DNA from: Microcystaceae cyanobacterium | Lineage (GTDB): Bacteria; Cyanobacteriota; Cyanobacteriia; Cyanobacteriales; Microcystaceae | NCBI GenBank assembly: GCA_041746575.1 | Contig: JBGTGT010000102.1 | Location: 1-48,272, forward strand | DNA: 48,272 nucleotides | Direction of reading: 5' to 3' | Shown here: positions 38,311 to 48,272 of the stretch, piece by piece | Position numbering within the stretch: position 1 is the first letter of the stretch | Layout: every line of letters starts with the position of its first letter | Notes under the pieces: generated by a model | Seen by the model: only the letters and a program-made list of their open reading frames with translations | Told to the model about the DNA's origin: nothing | The model's database searches: none | Translations under genes and position numbers: made by a program

Positions 38311-40695
38311 ATGAAAATGCAAGTCAATTGGTCTTTTATTTGGAAGACAGTTCTCTGTTTGAGCATTATAGGGATTGGATTACTGGGCGTTCAAGTACAA
38401 CCCAGTTATGCCCATCGTCCCCATGACGTGATTGAACAGGTTGTGCTATCACCCGATTATGGCAAAGATCAAAATTTAATGATCATTGTGCGAGGAAATC
38501 TTTACAAATCGAATGATGGTGGACAAAACTGGAGACGAGTGGTTCAAGGCCTTGATAAACTTTATCAAAGTCCCACTCCCATTACGGATTTAGCGTTAAC
38601 CCCTAGTCAGAAAGATCACTTCTTTGCCGCAACTGCTTGGAATGGTATCTACAAGTCCGAAGATGGAGGAGAGTCTTGGTTTTCCGTTAATGAAGGATTG
38701 CCGACTTCAGTGTATAACAATTTGTCGTCTATTCAAATCCAAAGATTAGCCGTCTCTCCAAACTCGGAAAAAGACGTATTAGCATCAGGAACAGAAGGAG
38801 GGCTGTATTTAACCCAAAATGGGGGACAAAAATGGCAATCTATCCTTGATTCTTCTCAAAAAATTAATGCGGTTGTCTTTACACCAAAAAGTAAAATCTT
38901 GGCGGCAGATGCCCAAGGAAACCTATTGAGATCGGATGATTTGGGTAAAACGTGGCAAAAATTGGCTACCCTTTCTTCGGGGAATAACGTCAATCGTATT
39001 GCTGTCTCACCGAATTTCAGCCAAGATAATACCTTTTTCTTAGCAACTGCAAAGGAAGGGATCTTAAAAACCACCGATGGGGGTAAACGCTTTATACCGA
39101 TGATGCAGGGAGTGAAGGATAAAGCCGTGCAAGATGTATCCCTTTCACCCAATTATGCTGAAAATCAAACCTTAGCACTGGTAAATTGGCATGAAGGTGC
39201 GTTTCTCTCCCAAGATGGCGGACAGACGTGGACGAAAATGAGTCAAGGATTAACCAAAGATCGTCAAGCAGATGAGTTCAAAGTGCCTCATTTTTACTCA
39301 GTGCGCTTTTCTCCCAATGTCCAAGAGGACAAAACCCTGTTTGTCGGCGGATTTAATGGACTCTTTCACACGAATGATCTAGGCAAAACGTGGCATGAGT
39401 TAGAAACCCTCTCTTTGGGAACGGTTATGGCTTTAGGGATTTCGCCCGATTATGCTCAAGATCAAACCTTAGCGATCGCTACCTATGTAGGCAATATTTA
39501 TCGCTCTCAAAATCAAGGGAAAACGTGGCAACCCATCAATAAAGGGTTGGAAAGGCCGCTCTTTGAAAATCGGTTCAATCGCGATCCGCAAACCCAAGAT
39601 CCTCGACGCTTCTACGATCTAGAATTTTCGCCCAATTATGCCCAAGATCAAACTTTTTGGGTCAGTCTTTTATGGAATCAGATTGTTAAAACCGTCAATC
39701 AAGGTAATTCATGGCAAATCGTTGATTTGCCCGCACCAAAAGGCCGAGGCTCGACGTTGGCAGTTTCGCCTAACTTTAGCCAAGATCAAACCCTATTTGT
39801 CATTACTCAAGAAGGAAGAGTTTATCGTTCAACCGATGGAGGAAACCGTTTCCGAAAAGTAGGTAACATTGGCCATACTACTGGCAACGATCCCTCGTCT
39901 ATTGTGATTTCGCCGAATTTTGCTGAAGATAAAACGCTGTATGCGGTAGCCAAAGGAGGGGTGTTTCAGTCGCAGGATAGTGGTGTAACGTGGACATCAG
40001 TTAGCAAAAATACGGTAACGGAGCAGTTACTGTCGATGCAGTTAGCAATTTCGCCCAATTATGCCCAAGACAAAACGATTTTACTCTCTAGTAGCTCAGG
40101 ACTCTTTCTCAGCGAAGAGGGGGGGGAAACATGGCGAGAACTTGAGGTTATCCCAGTAAATTCTGATCCTGATCTCACCGGAGTAGCAATTTCGCCTGAT
40201 TACGCAAAAGATCAAACGATAGTAGCAACAGTTCGCGGTAAGGGATTATATAAAAGTACCGATAGCGGGCAAACCTTCAGCAATGTGGGTGATAATGCTT
40301 TACCTATTACCAAAGTTGAAAATATTCCTTATGCAGGGATTCCCATTCAATTTTCGCCCAATTATGCCCAAGATAAAACCTTATTTGGCATCGGTTCTGC
40401 AAAAACCCAAGTCTATCGCTCAATGGATGGGGGAGACACTTGGGAAGTCCTAACCGTTCCTGTTAATGATCACAACCACTATAGCTTTCTGACGCAACTC
40501 CGTGTCAGAGCGTTGGTTTACCGACGACATTTAACGGCGATCGCTTTAGCTATCTTAGCGGCCGTGCTAAGCTACCTGTTAAGCGGTTACTTCAGACTAG
40601 ATAAACGCTTACCCCTCAGTAAAATGCAAATGCAAGTCTTGAGTGGTTTTGTGATTTTTCTCGTCGCTTTCTTTGCGGTTGAACAATTACTGTAA
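38311..40695 (+). CDS. Exported BNR/Asp-box beta-propeller repeat protein (YCF48/VPS10-like) with C-terminal TM helices
   Basis: Signal peptide; many SxDGGxTW Asp-boxes and SPNYAQDxT repeats; two C-terminal hydrophobic helices. Confidence 0.88.
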   Translation: MKMQVNWSFIWKTVLCLSIIGIGLLGVQVQPSYAHRPHDVIEQVVLSPDYGKDQNLMIIVRGNLYKSNDGGQNWRRVVQGLDKLYQSPTPITDLALTPSQKDHFFAATAWNGIYKSEDGGESWFSVNEGLPTSVYNNLSSIQIQRLAVSPNSEKDVLASGTEGGLYLTQNGGQKWQSILDSSQKINAVVFTPKSKILAADAQGNLLRSDDLGKTWQKLATLSSGNNVNRIAVSPNFSQDNTFFLATAKEGILKTTDGGKRFIPMMQGVKDKAVQDVSLSPNYAENQTLALVNWHEGAFLSQDGGQTWTKMSQGLTKDRQADEFKVPHFYSVRFSPNVQEDKTLFVGGFNGLFHTNDLGKTWHELETLSLGTVMALGISPDYAQDQTLAIATYVGNIYRSQNQGKTWQPINKGLERPLFENRFNRDPQTQDPRRFYDLEFSPNYAQDQTFWVSLLWNQIVKTVNQGNSWQIVDLPAPKGRGSTLAVSPNFSQDQTLFVITQEGRVYRSTDGGNRFRKVGNIGHTTGNDPSSIVISPNFAEDKTLYAVAKGGVFQSQDSGVTWTSVSKNTVTEQLLSMQLAISPNYAQDKTILLSSSSGLFLSEEGGETWRELEVIPVNSDPDLTGVAISPDYAKDQTIVATVRGKGLYKSTDSGQTFSNVGDNALPITKVENIPYAGIPIQFSPNYAQDKTLFGIGSAKTQVYRSMDGGDTWEVLTVPVNDHNHYSFLTQLRVRALVYRRHLTAIALAILAAVLSYLLSGYFRLDKRLPLSKMQMQVLSGFVIFLVAFFAVEQLL

Positions 40696-40814
40696 TCTTT
40701 TAAGGTGAATGGGGCGATTTTTCAGGAAAATCAAGGGTCAATCTCAGACTTTTTGCCCTGAATCTTCCCCCTTTTCTCCTTTAAGAAAAGCCAATTTAAA
40801 AATTTTAGGTGTTT

Positions 40815-41717
40815 ATGATGAAAAATTTAATTTTTGTAGCGTATTTAACGTTATTTTTGCCCTTATTTCACCTTAAGCTCCATGCCGCTCCGCTCATCCT
40901 AACACAACAAACTGAAACCATCGAAAAGACCGATGAAGGGAGTCCAGAAACAGAAAACACGACACCTGCTACTGAAATTCCCGTTTCTCCAGCTAATGAA
41001 CCTGAAGCGGCTAAATATGAAGGACTGACCGCCGTTCAGTGGTACAATAAAGGACTAGACCTCCTTGATGCCAAAAACTACCCAAAAGCCATTGAAGCGT
41101 TTACCAAGGCATCAGAACTCGATCCACAGGATGCAGATTCTTTTTACAATTTAGGCTATGTTCGGGTGATTATTGGCGAATTAACGACCGCCATCGCCGA
41201 TTATACCAAAGCCATTGAATTGAATCCTCAATATGCCTATGCGTACGGTAATCGTTGTTATGCTCACTTTTTACTGAAGCAAGCGGAAGAAGCCTTAGCA
41301 GATTGCTCAAAAGCCATTGAAATTGACGCCAAATTCCCTGATTTCTATACTTATCGTGGCAATGCTCATGATGCCCTCAGCCAACATCAGGCGGCGATCG
41401 CTGATTATGATCAAGCGATTAACCTTAAAAGTAATGACCCCAAGACTTATTATAACCGAGCATTATCTTACAATCGCTTAAATAAACATCAAAAAGCACT
41501 AGAAGATTACAATCGCAGTCTAGAACTTGATAATCAATTCGCTGAAGCGTTTTATAATCGAGGCATTACCTATGCTCAATTGGGGGAAAAAAACAAAGCG
41601 ATTACGGATTTAGAACAGGCTAAACAACTTTTTAAAGCGCAAAATCAAGTAGAAAGTGTGGAAAAAGTGAATAAGACCTTAGTGATGATCCAAAAGTCGG
41701 AAAATAGTCAGGAATAG
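40815..41717 (+). CDS. Exported tetratricopeptide repeat protein
   Basis: Signal peptide; repeated YYNRG...AIADYxxAIxLNP. Confidence 0.92.
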   Translation: MMKNLIFVAYLTLFLPLFHLKLHAAPLILTQQTETIEKTDEGSPETENTTPATEIPVSPANEPEAAKYEGLTAVQWYNKGLDLLDAKNYPKAIEAFTKASELDPQDADSFYNLGYVRVIIGELTTAIADYTKAIELNPQYAYAYGNRCYAHFLLKQAEEALADCSKAIEIDAKFPDFYTYRGNAHDALSQHQAAIADYDQAINLKSNDPKTYYNRALSYNRLNKHQKALEDYNRSLELDNQFAEAFYNRGITYAQLGEKNKAITDLEQAKQLFKAQNQVESVEKVNKTLVMIQKSENSQE

Positions 41718-41757
41718 CGAAAATATTGGAAATTGATGGGGATAAATGCCCTTTTTT

Positions 41758-42468
41758 CTACTCGATTCTGCCGTAACGAGCTACCTGAACGGATTGATCC
41801 TGATTTTGCCACCCCAACCACACCCACATTTGATCTCCGCAAGAAAAATGCCACCATTCTCCTGGGTGACGGCGAAACCCTGCTTTTTGCATAATTTGTG
41901 ATAATAGTTCTCGATTTTCGTGATATTGCCGTTCTGTGGGGGTTAAAGCATTTAGGTAATAATCAGGATGCGATCGCAGAGATAATTCGTCAATTTCTCC
42001 CCCCATTTCGACTAATTTTCCGGTTTCATCCATTAGGGTAAGATCAACTGCCGCACCTGTACTATGGGGAGGAGGGATTTTGGGATCATCGCTGGGAACT
42101 GCCCAAATGGTATAAACTTCTTGCCAGAGGACTTCAATTTCTGATGGGGATAAGTGGTTAATAACGAGGGTTCTGGATTGAATTAAATGATTAAATGTAT
42201 AATCTACCATAAATTGCTGAATCCATAAGGGACGAAATCCATCAAAAATATTAATTCGCCAATTGGGTTTTCTTTGTTGTAAATTATCGTGCGCTGTTAT
42301 TAACGCTTCAATGACACTTTGACGCAAATAATAGGGAGATTTTCCTCGGTAGTTTGCTCCTAATTTTTCATAAGGATGGGGAATTTCGATAGCAAATACA
42401 TCTAAAGGAATGGGAAGTAAGGGTTCACAACAGTCTTTAATAGGAACAGATTGATAGGGTTTTTTCAT
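41758..42468 (-). CDS. D-alanyl-D-alanine dipeptidase (M15D, VanX/DdpX-like)
   Basis: FDGFRP, PHSTGAAVDLTL, EWWHF motifs. Confidence 0.92.
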   Translation of the reverse strand: MKKPYQSVPIKDCCEPLLPIPLDVFAIEIPHPYEKLGANYRGKSPYYLRQSVIEALITAHDNLQQRKPNWRINIFDGFRPLWIQQFMVDYTFNHLIQSRTLVINHLSPSEIEVLWQEVYTIWAVPSDDPKIPPPHSTGAAVDLTLMDETGKLVEMGGEIDELSLRSHPDYYLNALTPTERQYHENRELLSQIMQKAGFRRHPGEWWHFSCGDQMWVWLGWQNQDQSVQVARYGRIE

Positions 42469-42515
42469 TGTTTTTGATTTCCGAGAATCGGTGATCAAGT
42501 TAAGGTGTACCTCAT

Positions 42516-42989
42516 TTAGGGTAACCAATTCTGATAAGGATTTTTGACTAAACTAGAATTATAATAACGAAGATCCTCTGTTACTTCTTGCCCTATCCAG
42601 TCGGGGTAATAAATGTTTTGATTGACTGTTTTAAGTTCAATTTCTGCAATAATTAAGCCTTGGTTTTCTCCGGTAAATTCATCTATTTCCCAAACCAATT
42701 CTCCGATGGGAACACGATAACGTATTTTTTCAATTAAAGGGCGATCGCACATTATTTTCAACAGCATTTGAGCATCTTCTAGCGGAATTTCATACTCAAA
42801 TTCTCTGCGACTAATGCCGATTTTTTTACCTTTAAGTGTAAGATAACCTTGCTCGTCGGCGATTCTCACTCTTACTGTATTATCAGGATTTTGTGTCGGG
42901 ATATACCCTTGGTAATAAGATTTTCCTGTTCCTAGTTTGCGCCATTGATCACCGATGACCAAAAACTTGCGTTCAATTTCGAGTGCCAT
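42516..42989 (-). CDS. CYTH domain protein
   Basis: EIERKFLV, RVR, EFEY, EIEL motifs. Confidence 0.92.
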   Translation of the reverse strand: MALEIERKFLVIGDQWRKLGTGKSYYQGYIPTQNPDNTVRVRIADEQGYLTLKGKKIGISRREFEYEIPLEDAQMLLKIMCDRPLIEKIRYRVPIGELVWEIDEFTGENQGLIIAEIELKTVNQNIYYPDWIGQEVTEDLRYYNSSLVKNPYQNWLP

Positions 42990-43083
42990 TTTTACTAAGA
43001 GATCGTTATGAATAAAGTACCTTTAGTAATTATAAACAGTTGAGCTTATATTTTGATCTCAAAGTTAAGACATTAGATCCACT

Positions 43084-44340
43084 TTATAATATTTTACTCA
43101 CAGCGTAACCATCTTTTCCTTTTCCGAGGGCAAATTGCCAAGATTGAGCTAGTTTTCGATTAGATAATGTTAAAAATAAGACAAATCCCATTAATGAAAA
43201 ATAAGCCCCCAAGAAAAACATTCCTCGATAACCAATAGCATAATTTAATCCGCCGATTACTGGCCCTGCTATGGCAATGCCTAAATCAAATCCGCCAATA
43301 CAAATCGCATAGACTTTTCCTCTTTCATTGTCATAAGAACGATCTGAAATTAAGGCAATTAATAGAGGTAGTAAAACCCCTCCACCCATCCCCTCCAAAA
43401 AAGCCGCCAAGAAAAACTGTAAAGGCGTACGACTGCTAGCCAACAAAATCATTGACAAACCATAACAAATCAGACTACCTGTAATAAAAATTCCCCGACC
43501 ATAACGATCTGAAGCTTTACCAACGACAAAGCGACTGCTAAAACTGGCGATAGCGGCAATTGAGTAAAATAAACCCACATTAACTTCTAATTGAATATTT
43601 TTAATATATAGAGGTAAAAAAGTCACTAATGTGCCAAAAAGTAAGCCAATTAATAATAGAATTAACGAGGGAATTAAAAGGGATTGCTGTTTAAATAGTT
43701 GCCAAAAGCGACGGGATGATTTTAATTGCTCCCTTACGTCTTTTAAATAAGTTGCTCGTTTTTCTTCAACAATTTGACTTGCTAAAATCAGAGAAATAAA
43801 GCCTGATACACCCGAAAGCGTAAATAAAGTTGTAAAACCGAAGGATGTCTGCATGAATCCTCCCACGGCCGGCCCGATCGCCATACCAATAGGAACGGCT
43901 AAACTCATATAACCGATAATCTCTCCCCGTCGTGACGGTGGGGCTAAATCAACCACTAAAGCACTAAAACCAGTGGTAAAAGCGGCGACGCTAATACCGT
44001 GAAAGGCACGAATTCCCAGCAGAGCAAGAATAGTATCAACGCTGAGATAGCCAATCGGCGCACCGGTGGCAACCATTGCCCCAATCAGAATGACTAATTT
44101 ACGACTACGATAGTCAGCCAACTGCCCCATAAGGGTGCGAAATCCTAATAAGCCAATGGCAAACCCCCCCATAACAATACCGACTTGTTGAAGGGTTGCC
44201 CCCATATTTTCGATATAAAGCGGTAACGTCGGCAAGAGACAGGTTAAGCTTGTCCAAAAAAAAAGGGCAGTGATAAACAGTAAAATTAGGTTACGCTGTT
44301 GTTCAACGGTTAGGGCGTTAAGGGATGGTTGGGTTCTCAC
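43084..44340 (-). CDS. MFS transporter
   Basis: About 12 TM segments; GQLADYRSRK and GKASDRYGR motif A; GTG start. Confidence 0.92.
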   Translation of the reverse strand: MRTQPSLNALTVEQQRNLILLFITALFFWTSLTCLLPTLPLYIENMGATLQQVGIVMGGFAIGLLGFRTLMGQLADYRSRKLVILIGAMVATGAPIGYLSVDTILALLGIRAFHGISVAAFTTGFSALVVDLAPPSRRGEIIGYMSLAVPIGMAIGPAVGGFMQTSFGFTTLFTLSGVSGFISLILASQIVEEKRATYLKDVREQLKSSRRFWQLFKQQSLLIPSLILLLIGLLFGTLVTFLPLYIKNIQLEVNVGLFYSIAAIASFSSRFVVGKASDRYGRGIFITGSLICYGLSMILLASSRTPLQFFLAAFLEGMGGGVLLPLLIALISDRSYDNERGKVYAICIGGFDLGIAIAGPVIGGLNYAIGYRGMFFLGAYFSLMGFVLFLTLSNRKLAQSWQFALGKGKDGYAVSKIL

Positions 44341-44515
44341 AAGTCAGTTTTGAACTTAATCCTTTGTTGACAGTCTAGTGGGTGATTGGGGATTTTTAAA
44401 CCGCTTCAAGGCAGAAATTCTCCCTATTCCTTGTCGTCTGCGTAGTGGGAAATCAAGGATCAGGATTTAACCCCACAATAGGGAAATAGGGAGATAGGGT
44501 AATATTTTTAACAGG

Positions 44516-44776
44516 TTACGAATGACTAGCTACCGTCTGCCATGCGTCGGGAGTATAGGTTTTCAAGGCTAAGGCATGAATCGTTTCAGTTGCTAATTGA
44601 TCTTTTAAGGCGCTATAGACCATTTGATGCTGTTTAACCTTGGTTTTTCCGTCAAAAGCTGAGGAAATAACCACTGCTTCTAGGTGATCTCCCCCTCCCG
44701 TTAGATCATTAAAATAAACTTCTGCATCGGGGAGAGTTTGCTGAATAATTTCTTTGTATTGTTGAAAATTGCTCAT
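44516..44776 (-). CDS. bolA: BolA family protein
   Basis: [26 protein letters not shown]. Confidence 0.93.
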   Translation of the reverse strand: MSNFQQYKEIIQQTLPDAEVYFNDLTGGGDHLEAVVISSAFDGKTKVKQHQMVYSALKDQLATETIHALALKTYTPDAWQTVASHS

Positions 44777-44848
44777 TTTTTCGCCTCAATTAGGATCAAA
44801 CTCACTTTTATTTATTTTATCGTAATCCTACTTAAGGATTATCACAAA

Positions 44849-45445
44849 TTATTGACTTTGTGCCGGAGGAGTGGGAACAGGAGAGGTGGCCGAAGAACGG
44901 GTGTAAGGGGTATCCACAAATCCTAACTCGTACAATTGTTGATAGGATTTTTGCCCCAACTCACTGGTGGGGTTTTGAGAACGAATCACTTGAATTAGCA
45001 GAGGCACAGACAATTCAGGTTCATTTTGGGCGCGGTGTACTAAAGCCAATTGATAGGTCGCTTGATCTCGTAATTGTCCTGTCGCTAAGGCACTTTTCCG
45101 TTGAAATTCGGCAATCTTGGGTTCGATTCCCGCAAAACTATTCGCTAATTGTAAGTAGAAATTGGATAATTGGTTGAAAATTTTACGAGCTTTTTGCAAT
45201 TTATCCACAGCAACTTTGTATTGCTCTGCATTGATTGCCTCGTTGGCCTCTGCCATCAGTTTTTCTCCACCCTGAAGACTGAGTAAACTGTCTTCTTGCG
45301 TTAAGGGGCGCAAGTTATTGGGGTCGGTTAAATCCTCTTGGACATCTGGAGATTCTGTTTGAGCTTGGGCAGAAAAAGCAAAGCCACACAGAGAAATTAA
45401 AAAAATTGTCGTTAAAAACCGACGATAAGAAAATTCTTTCAGCAT
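44849..45445 (-). CDS. Conserved exported helical protein upstream of bolA
   Basis: Signal peptide; RDQATYQLALVHRAQN...YQQLYELGFVD conserved cyanobacterial pattern. Confidence 0.8.
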   Translation of the reverse strand: MLKEFSYRRFLTTIFLISLCGFAFSAQAQTESPDVQEDLTDPNNLRPLTQEDSLLSLQGGEKLMAEANEAINAEQYKVAVDKLQKARKIFNQLSNFYLQLANSFAGIEPKIAEFQRKSALATGQLRDQATYQLALVHRAQNEPELSVPLLIQVIRSQNPTSELGQKSYQQLYELGFVDTPYTRSSATSPVPTPPAQSQ

Positions 45446-45693
45446 ATTAGAGAAACTAAGGGTTACTTTATAGTCTAGATGAATAGGAATATCTAAACTA
45501 TCTTAACATTGTTCGGGAACTGACAAAGTAGGACATGGGCAATAGACAGTAAATAAGAGACAATGGTTTCCGTTTATTTCAACTTTAAAAGGGGCTAAAT
45601 AGACAATATTTTGATGACGAATTACGTTGAGAATTACAGCCGATTTGCTATGATTGTAGGGTTGTTTTAAGAAAATGATCAATTAATTAAGCG

Positions 45694-46959
45694 ATGGGTG
45701 CTATTCAAAAACCACCGGGAACACGAGATATTTTACCTGAAGAAATTGGTTATTGGCAATGGGTAGAAAGGGTGGCTAGCGAGGTTTTTAACCATGCCCT
45801 TTATCAAGAAATTCGTTCCCCCATTTTTGAACAAACTGCCCTTTTTGAACGGGGAATCGGCGAAGCAACCGATGTTGTCGGTAAGGAAATGTACACCTTT
45901 AGCGATCGCGGCGATCGTCGGATTACACTACGCCCAGAGGGAACGGCAGGCATCGTCCGTGCCTATGTCGAAAATCGACTTTTTGCTTTGGGCGGGGTAC
46001 AACGATTGTGGTACAAAGGGGCTATGTTTCGCTATGAACGACCTCAAGCGGGTAGGCAACGACAATTTCATCAAATTGGCTTAGAATTAATCGGCAGTCA
46101 TGATCCACGAGCAGATGTAGAGGTAATTTCCCTCGGAATGACTATTTTTCGGCAATTAGGACTCAAAAGCCTCAGTTTACAACTAAATTCTGTAGGAACC
46201 GGAGAAGATCGCCAACGCTATCGAGAGGCATTGGTTGACTATTTAACGCCTTACAAAGCAGAATTAGACCCTGATTCTCAAGATCGTCTCACTCGTAATC
46301 CTTTACGGATTCTAGATAGTAAAAACAAACGAACTCAAGAGATTTGCCAAGATGCCCCTCAAATTCTGGCTCACTTAGGGGCAGACTCGCGAGCACATTT
46401 CGCCAAAGTACAGCAATTATTGACCCATTTAGGAATAAACTATCAAATTAACCCCTGTTTAGTGCGAGGCTTAGACTATTATACCCATACGGCTTTTGAA
46501 ATTCAATCCCAAGACTTGGGCGCCCAGTCTACTGTCTGCGGTGGTGGGCGTTACGATGGACTCGTCAGCGAATTAGGCGGAAATGAAACCCCTGCCGTCG
46601 GTTGGGCAATGGGCATGGAAAGATTAATCCTACTCCTGAAACAGTCGCAAGATGCACCCCTATTAACCCCTGATATTTATATCATTTCCAAAGGGGAAAA
46701 AGCAGAAGATCAAAGCATCATTTTAGCCCAAAGCCTCCGCCAATCAGGTTTTAAAGTCGAATTAGACCTTAGTAGCAGTGCCTTTACCAAACAGTTTAAA
46801 CGAGCCGATCGCAGTGGAGCAAAAATGGCGATCATTATTGGTGAGCAAGAAGCAGAGGCAGAAACAGCGCAAATAAAGTGGTTGGCTAGCCAAAAACAAG
46901 AAACTTTTCCTCAAAAGGACTTAGTTGCCTATTTTATTGCCAGTTCACTCAATAAATAA
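45694..46959 (+). CDS. hisS: Histidine--tRNA ligase
   Basis: LRPEGTA, FRYERPQAGRQRQFHQ, LVRGLDYY, GGGRYDG. Confidence 0.98.
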   Translation: MGAIQKPPGTRDILPEEIGYWQWVERVASEVFNHALYQEIRSPIFEQTALFERGIGEATDVVGKEMYTFSDRGDRRITLRPEGTAGIVRAYVENRLFALGGVQRLWYKGAMFRYERPQAGRQRQFHQIGLELIGSHDPRADVEVISLGMTIFRQLGLKSLSLQLNSVGTGEDRQRYREALVDYLTPYKAELDPDSQDRLTRNPLRILDSKNKRTQEICQDAPQILAHLGADSRAHFAKVQQLLTHLGINYQINPCLVRGLDYYTHTAFEIQSQDLGAQSTVCGGGRYDGLVSELGGNETPAVGWAMGMERLILLLKQSQDAPLLTPDIYIISKGEKAEDQSIILAQSLRQSGFKVELDLSSSAFTKQFKRADRSGAKMAIIIGEQEAEAETAQIKWLASQKQETFPQKDLVAYFIASSLNK

Positions 46960-47053
46960 ATGATTACGCTTGGAACAATTTCCCGTCTGTCTTCTTGGCA
47001 CAAAAACTCTGTCAGCATCGTCGTAGGGCGCAACTTTATCCTTACACATAGCA

Positions 47054-48106
47054 ATGCAATTCTATATTCAACAGGCAGATGAAACGACCCTGCGCCCTTT
47101 GTCCTCGTCTGAGATCCGTTTATCCGCAAATAAATACCATATTACCGCAGAATCCTGCTTTAAAAACGGAAAATCTATTGATATTCGGGTGATATATAAT
47201 CATCCATCCCATCAGCAAGTCTTTGAGACAACCACTACGGTAGCCGAAAATGGTAAGGTGGTCATTCTTCCCCCCACTCAACTTCGCCCCGGAAAATGGG
47301 AAATTTATTGTCGAAGTGACTTAATTGCTGAAATGGTCGGCGAATATTGGGAAAATTGCTTAATTTTAGAAGTTGAACCCGCAATTGCCCCTTTGCCTAT
47401 GCAAGAACCCATTTCGTTTGCTTTTCCCGTTGAATTATCGGAAATTAACGCCTTAATTCGGGAGGAAGTGTCTGTACATGATTCAAATGCTCAAGATTGG
47501 CAGGAAGAACGGTTAAATTCCCTTGACACTGAGCTTATTTTGAGGCTTGACTCTGAACATTTACTGCGTCAGATGGGAGAAGTAATTATCGTTTCAGGGT
47601 GTATTGAAGCTAAAAACCAATACTTAAGCCATTTATGTTATGAATTACGCCGTCCTCTCAGTGATGAAGTGATATACAGAGAAATGCAACCTTTAACTTT
47701 TGAGTACTCTCCTGTAGACTTTCAATACTCCTTCACAATTCCTAAGGAGTGGGAAATGCCCTTATTAACCCTTGTGATTCAAGCGATCTCATTTCAAGGA
47801 GACGTTTTGACGGAGAAAACTTTATCTATTGAAACAGAAGTGATAGATTATCTTAATTACACGTTGGAATTAGCCGACACAGACACCAATACTTCCTATG
47901 TCTTTGATATCGAGATCGAAAAACCGATCAAACTGCCAGCGATATCGGTGGAGCTACCTAAACCTTGTCATTCGATTCAAAAACGCCCTTCGATTCGACG
48001 ATCTTCGTCTGCTATTTTACCTCCTAAACTTTATCCGGCTCAACCGAAACATTCTCCGTCGAAAACCTTAGTATTACCCCAATTTGAAAAGGCAGTTAAA
48101 TCTTAA
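47054..48106 (+). CDS. Hypothetical protein
   Basis: 350-aa ORF, beta-rich with a Pro-rich tail; no family assigned. Confidence 0.7.
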   Translation: MQFYIQQADETTLRPLSSSEIRLSANKYHITAESCFKNGKSIDIRVIYNHPSHQQVFETTTTVAENGKVVILPPTQLRPGKWEIYCRSDLIAEMVGEYWENCLILEVEPAIAPLPMQEPISFAFPVELSEINALIREEVSVHDSNAQDWQEERLNSLDTELILRLDSEHLLRQMGEVIIVSGCIEAKNQYLSHLCYELRRPLSDEVIYREMQPLTFEYSPVDFQYSFTIPKEWEMPLLTLVIQAISFQGDVLTEKTLSIETEVIDYLNYTLELADTDTNTSYVFDIEIEKPIKLPAISVELPKPCHSIQKRPSIRRSSSAILPPKLYPAQPKHSPSKTLVLPQFEKAVKS

Positions 48107-48132
48107 CCTTTAGCGACTGTTTTTAAGGTTCA

Positions 48133-48272
48133 TTGACATACTCCCGCCGCTAATTGAGATACGCAATTTAACGGGGGATTCTTAAGCTCACACTTAAGAG
48201 TTTCTGCTTCACAGACTCTTGACTAGACATTACTGCCCCCGTCAGACCATCTCCACAGACATTTTCTAATAC
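48133..48272 (-). mobile_element. Right end of an IS200/IS605-family (TnpB-type) element; remainder outside the window
   Basis: Minus strand ...TGTGGAG...GAAGCAGAAA...GAATCCCCCG-hairpin-CGGGAGTATGTCAA: subterminal hairpin plus TCAA end. Confidence 0.8.

Noticed and set aside
39620..40380. 22-bp repeats as a possible CRISPR array
   Set aside because: In-frame protein repeats with irregular spacing of hundreds of bp; no cas genes. No CRISPR array was seen anywhere in the window.

Overview
Chromosomal segment of a HIP1-rich (GCGATCGC, >20 copies seen) cyanobacterium, probably a unicellular Chroococcales-type strain (inference from gene content). Mostly housekeeping genes: polA, rlmN, glgA, an RluA-family synthase, a gyrA/parC paralogue, an RHH-ycf46-ycf35 operon, hemC, valS, bolA, hisS, tRNA-Cys, tRNA-Arg and tmRNA. 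The most notable signals are missing from, or split in, the ORF track. (1) A glutamine (glnA-type) riboswitch with an NtcA-like box precedes two unannotated microproteins, an IF7/GifA-like GS inactivator and a PirA-like protein (16.3-16.8 kb). (2) An AT-rich island between valS and the tmRNA 3' end holds a decayed tniQ/tnsD-like gene, a candidate Tn7-type end, and a membrane-anchored nSTAND1 NTPase split at an A8 tract from a GUN4-like C-terminus, followed by a FecR-like exported protein. (3) A diguanylate cyclase carries an ethylene-receptor-type sensor domain. (4) A TetR-GST-PNPOx-YHS(pseudogene) regulon has three visible operators. (5) There are tandem mini PEP-CTERM genes, two copies of a MITE-like repeat and an IS200/IS605 right end. 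All family assignments come from motif recognition by eye; no database search was run.
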